Positions 63,701-64,000 of a DNA stretch of 64,000 nucleotides are shown one piece after another. How positions within the stretch are numbered: the stretch's first letter is position 1; each line of letters starts with the position of its first letter. Both the position numbers and the translations under genes were made by a program. The notes beneath the pieces were generated by a model. The model did no database searches. It worked only from the letters and a program-made list of their open reading frames with translations, and was not told where the DNA came from. The stretch spans positions 3,848 to 67,847 of the forward strand of contig DF237449.1 of the NCBI GenBank assembly GCA_000708835.1, given 5' to 3'. This DNA is from Klebsormidium nitens (lineage: Eukaryota; Plantae; Klebsormidiophyceae).

Positions 63701-64000
63701 GTTCATTGGATCATATGCAGAAGGTTCTGGCCCGCCTTGCTCGCCTCATGTCTCGTGGTGATCAATGGTCGCTTCGGTCGAGCCTTTTTATGTTCGAAAT
63801 CTGTTTGCAGCTCCTAAAAGGTTTGTCTCGCAACCGGTAAGGGCTAAACTAGTGATCCAAAACACAGGCGTGAACCTGGGGATGCTACGCTTTCGTAACT
63901 TCTTAATTTGGCAATTTCTTGTACCAGTTTACGAACTCTGTTCTCGGCAAAGACGACCTCGATGCACGGCTGCAATGTTGCCATTTGCGGGTTGAAAGTA

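Overview
Eukaryotic nuclear DNA with GT-AG introns of roughly 150-1000 bp and C/G-ending codon bias in exons. The gene set points to a streptophyte alga such as Klebsormidium (inference, not proven). Genes reconstructed by hand from splice phases: a Nodulin-like/NFD4-type MFS transporter (minus strand, runs off the left edge), a small TM/coiled-coil protein, an intronless DUF3405-like putative glycosyltransferase, a complete 38-exon callose synthase (about 1910 aa, 13446-31378 minus), a LOB-domain (LBD) transcription factor, an unassigned 445-codon disordered exon, and an 8-exon pTAC5 orthologue. Mobile or repetitive DNA: two members of one MITE family (32426-32648 and 40060-40388) and a decayed CACTA element (TnpA-like relic, internal ~140-bp tandem array, intact right end at 38746). 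The most unusual signal is a set of decayed copies of splice junction plus exon edge lying inside introns of three unrelated genes. The clearest case is a five-unit array in callose synthase intron 35: two extra acceptors are complete and in frame, and each unit carries a G-box palindrome (perfect in four, variant in one). No rRNA, tRNA or CRISPR was seen. Most short ORFs in the supplied track are shadow frames of GC-rich exons.
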